64,000 nucleotides of DNA from positions 17,546,001-17,610,000 of the forward strand of contig NC_135251.1 in NCBI RefSeq assembly GCF_964204865.1, read 5' to 3'. The notes below the pieces were generated by a model that was given only the letters and a program-made list of their open reading frames with translations, was not told the origin of the DNA and did no database searches. The stretch comes from Styela clava. Lineage: Eukaryota. A program made the translations under genes and the position numbers. Position 1 is the first letter of the stretch. Each line of letters begins with the position of its first letter. Of this stretch, positions 63,668 through 64,000 are shown one piece after another.

Positions 63668-64000
63668 GTATATTAGGTCATCAGGGAACTGACGTTATAT
63701 TTCACATTTTGTTTTTTTGAAGTTGAAGTTCAAAAAATGCCGAGACAATGGTATAAATGTGTGAATTAGACGAACCTCAGTATTTTCTCGTGGGAAAATC
63801 ACACTGCGCTGATTTTCCTGACCACATTGTCTGTTTTATTCATATAAAATTTTAAAGGCATCATACCTACCCACTAATCCAATAGGTTTGGTGGTGACTG
63901 ATTGATATTTTAAATCAGGAGGCGAATACTATGCGTGTGGGAAAGACGATATGTCTGGGCGCATGCTTGACCAAGCTTATTTTTACGAAACAGTTCACAA

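Noticed and set aside
1-64000. Prokaryotic systems (operons, CRISPR arrays, defence islands), rRNA or true tRNA genes
   Set aside because: The genes are spliceosomal and I saw no repeat-spacer arrays. The tRNA-like A/B boxes belong to SINEs and do not form a cloverleaf.

Overview
AT-rich, intron-containing eukaryotic (animal) genomic DNA. Gene content and the compact GT-AG introns suggest an ascidian or similar invertebrate chordate, but this is inference. Most ORFs in the supplied track are exon read-throughs or antisense noise, so gene models were built by hand from splice signals and codon phase. There are three blocks. (1) 1-3.4 kb: wreckage in which a fragment of a collagen-discoidin gene (- strand) is fused head-to-head to a decayed LDLa-GPCR pseudogene (+ strand). 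(2) 8.6-20.0 kb: an intact, phase-consistent 19-exon gene for a ~980-aa RXFP/GRL101-like class A GPCR. Its ectodomain is ~8 degenerate LDLa modules with no leucine-rich repeats, and ECL2 is greatly enlarged. (3) 23.8-64 kb: a tandem cluster, including a near-perfect 12,261-bp unit repeated ~2.6 times, of small secreted proteins built as signal peptide - Cys segment - (Gly-X-Y)9 containing PGKRGP - coiled-coil neck - F5/8 type C (discoidin) domain. The cluster holds 6 apparently intact genes, 3 orphan exon-4/5 cassettes and 1 disrupted copy. The strongest candidate for an undescribed system is this collectin/ficolin-like 'defence collagen' family with a discoidin head, a MASP-binding-type motif and paralog variation concentrated in the ligand-binding loops. 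Several hAT and Tc1/mariner MITEs and a tRNA-derived SINE family are also present.
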